Shown: positions 61,091 through 64,000 of the stretch, piece after piece
Layout of the letters: each line of letters starts with the position of its first letter
How positions within the stretch are numbered: position 1 is the stretch's first letter
Source of the DNA: Octopus sinensis
Taxonomy: Eukaryota
Assembly (NCBI RefSeq): GCF_006345805.1
Contig: NC_042997.1
Location: 93,620,001 to 93,684,000 of the forward strand
Length of the DNA: 64,000 nt
Direction of reading: 5' to 3'
The notes under the pieces: generated by a model
Database searches by the model: none
What the model was told of the DNA's origin: nothing
Seen by the model: only the letters and a program-made list of their open reading frames with translations
Program-made: the position numbers and the translations under genes

Positions 61091-61462
61091 ATGGATTCCT
61101 CTCAGGATGGTGAATCTTTTCCAAATTGGGATTTACTTCCTGAACATTTACTTCTTCACATCTTCTGCTATCTTTCGGCACAGAGCGTCCTCAATTGCTC
61201 CCAAATGTGCACAAAATGGTTGCGCATAGCATATGATGAGTTGCTCTGGAAGAAGCTTTTCTATGCAGAGTGGAACATTAACCGAGATGTTGCTATGTCT
61301 CCTGGCAAGAAGTCTTGGATGGAGGAATACAAACGTCTCTTATACCACACACCCTCTGTTGAAAGTGAAGTTCTCAAGCAGCACAATGACCAAGTTCTGC
61401 ATGTCAGCTTTTCTCATGATGGTTCCATGTTTTCGACTTGTTCCAAGGATGGTTATGTGAAG
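61091..61462 (+). CDS. FBXW5: FBXW5 first coding exon: F-box plus start of the WD40 repeats
   Basis: F-box LLPEHLLLHIF...CTKWLRIAYDELLWK, then EVLKQHNDQVLHVSFSHDGSMFSTCSKDGYVK, closely matching FBXW5 (QTLREHTDQVLHLSFSHSGYQFASCSKDCTVK). Acceptor at 61071-61072 (exon starts 61073); donor AAG|gtaaat. Confidence 0.95.
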
Positions 61463-61873
61463 GTAAATATTGGAATGAGAAAGTGACTAACTCTTTATCA
61501 TCCTTCTTTTTTCATTTGCTCCTTGTTCATTTTCATTCATTTCATATAGATAATGCTTATCTTTATCATTTCTTGTGCATGAGGGGGTGAACACATTTCA
61601 GTTCAAGTTGACATGGTTGTATCTTCTTTATCCTTTTATTTCAGTTTTTGGTCAGGCCAACATTGGTATGAGGTGCTTAAGAATACAGTTGGAATTCATC
61701 TGTACAGTCTTCTTTTAGATGTGCCCAAGAGCAGTGCCATCCATTTGAAAACAAAGCATCTCTTTTGGCTGTATGCTCATTCATTATACTTTGATCAGAC
61801 TAGTGTAGCCTTTTCTATCTAACAACCTTGTAAATGTTAAATAGGTGAAAATAGAAATTCAACTCTTACTTAA

Positions 61874-62092
61874 CCCTTTATCACCAACCAGGCTGAAACT
61901 GGCTCTGGCTCTGAGTACAAATGTCTTGTTTTCATAAGTTTTGAATTAAAATCTTCCACCAAACCTTAGTCACAATTTATGTTCTTAACACTAGCTTAAT
62001 GATAACTAAGTTATTTTACTAAATTTTTTGTTATATTTAAAGTAATTGAAAGAAACACAGAGCATCTCAAAATAAATACAGTAACTAAAGGG
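61874..62092. mobile_element. piggyBac-type (TTAA) MITE in an FBXW5 intron
   Basis: TTAA-CCCTTT... and ...AAAGGG-TTAA. Confidence 0.75.
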
Positions 62093-63600
62093 TTAAAGCT
62101 TTTTGTCACAAAGTTGTATTGGATAGATAGATCCAGCTAATGATAACCATATGGCTGAAACTCAGAACATTCTTGCATTAACTTTGGTTCAACCTACTCA
62201 GGAACATTAGCACCAAAACTGAAGTGAAGCAGTTTTGACTGGAAATTGAGATGGGTTTGTGTTTTTAATTTACTAAAAGCCTACCAATAGACCATATCAT
62301 TTGATCCTATCTTAAGTGTGTTCCTGTTTCTTTATGCGTAACATATAGAGCAAATTTAATGGAGATAATTATTTTTGATGAGTCACCTAGTTCTAAAAAT
62401 GATTTCTTCACATTGGTACAAGTCTACACATTTGTAAGACTGAGATGTTGTTGACTTCACTACATAACTGATAGTTGTTTTGACCTTGATAAGACTTCAA
62501 CTTAGATGTGGGATATGATTAAATACTGAAAGGTGTTTCAGTACCTTTGTCTCCTCTGCTCCAACCCTTCATTCTAATGATAATTACACTGAGTAATAAA
62601 ATTTTTATTTTTTGTCTTTGGTCCGTAAGTGTTATTTTCCTAATCAAAGGATATGACTACTATTCTCTTCAAACTTTGCTTTTGCAACTTGGACATCAGT
62701 GTCTTGAAACTGACATTACATTTCAGACAGATTCAGTGCTGAGTTGCTGAGGCAGAAATATCGTTATAGCAAATATTCTGTTCAATACCACATATTTGCT
62801 TATCAGTTGCTTGACCTTAACCACTTGAGCATGTCCCTTGGTGAGCAGGAGCGTCATAGCCAGGTGTTGAGAGGGATTCTTTGGGGGTTTGAATAAATGT
62901 AACAAAAGCAAAGTTTGAAGGAAATATTAGCCTTTTCCATACTTTCTAGAAGTAAGCAAATAGGAAATAACAGTTACTACCCCTAAAAATTGTTACACAG
63001 TGTTAATGTTTATGACTGGCCAATTTTATTAGGGAATTTTTTTTTCTTTTTATGTCCAGTCAATTGATTAATTAGACATCTGTCTGCATACAATTGGTAC
63101 TTTAGTTGCTAACTTTAACGAACTGAACTCAACCCTGATGTTATTTGAACTCAGAGTAATGAAGCACTGAACCAGGTATACAGTAAAGAAGGCTTATGTA
63201 GCTCAGAAAATAGCTAAGACATTATTGCCATAAGCTTCTGTAGATTTTCAAATGAAATGGATGAATATTTATATTTTTAGTTATAAATAAGAAAGGGTGG
63301 TGATGCTTTCTAAGTTTAATTTCTGCTCGTATGTTTATAGAACACCTTCCTTTCCTCATCATTTTATCCTTATAAATAAATATTCTCAAATTATTCCAAG
63401 GTCATATTGAACCTATTCCTCTCTCCCAATGGATCTAAGTAGTCTGAAGATGCATATCTTATAGACTTCCTTAAAACTTTGAGACTAGTTTCCCTACCTT
63501 CATCATCATCAATGTAATAATTTCCATCAATAATAAATATGAATTCTTCATTTTCTCATACTCCTCTAAGCCATTGATATATATGTTTTGTATGTGTTAG

Positions 63601-63775
63601 GTGTGGTATTCTTCCAATCCTGTAACTTTAAGATATAAATATAACATGAAGAACCTGACCTGGAAGTACACTCAGTTTTCTCAATTTAATGAAACGAATA
63701 CACTTTTGTTGGTGTCTGGAGTTTACTTTGGTGAAATGAGCACTTCTGGAGAGATAGCAGTTTTCAGCCTTACTG
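63601..63775 (+). CDS. FBXW5: FBXW5 second coding exon; the gene continues past the window end
   Basis: Acceptor tgtgttag|, donor G|gtaagt; encodes WKYTQFSQFNETNTLLLVSGVYFG...SGEIAVFSL, matching FBXW5 WSYTQFSQFNKDDSLLLASGVFLG...SGEIAVISL. Confidence 0.95.
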
Positions 63776-64000
63776 GTAAGTGAGTGAAATTTACTTCCAA
63801 CTTTCTCCAATGAAAAGTATTTAAATAGCATTCTAATAATTATTTTGATCTCTTAGTAAGATATTTAAATTAATTCAGATTGGTTATTATATATATATAT
63901 ATATTGTTGTATTTAGGAATGGTCATTTTGCCAATTTAGCCAATAAAAACAATAAAAATATGTGTGTGTATGAAATCTGAGCATTTTTTTTTATTGTTCA

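Overview
AT-rich, microsatellite- and transposon-dense animal genomic DNA. Repeat content and composition suggest an octopus (coleoid cephalopod); this is inference. Two spliced genes point away from each other. (1) PNPLA8 (iPLA2-gamma) lies on the minus strand: 7 well-supported coding exons (18723 down to 1545) plus a probable upstream exon carrying the start (28078-28029). All exon phases join into a 651-aa ORF with intact patatin motifs GGGTRG, GVSTG and DGG. (2) The 5' part of FBXW5 lies on the plus strand: coding exons 61091-61462 and 63601-63775, with a probable non-coding first exon ending at 47088; the gene continues beyond the window. The rest is mobile DNA: two decayed mariners, a piggyBac deletion derivative and TTAA-MITEs, hAT and Tc1/pogo MITEs, a probable Helitron, a solo LTR with a 4-bp TSD, fragments of CR1, RTE, R4/Dong-like, CRE-like and Penelope retroelements, tRNA-derived SINEs and a large nested foldback. 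The most unusual signal is a set of hammerhead-ribozyme motifs. Three have intact catalytic cores (20781-20911 +; an inverted pair at 45466-45550 - and 45729-45813 +). Others are decayed: one minimal motif (51138-51179 -) and two inside a tRNA-headed SINE with Penelope-style inverted ends (4148-4888). All coordinates and alignments were read by eye, family names come from remembered motifs, and no searches were run.
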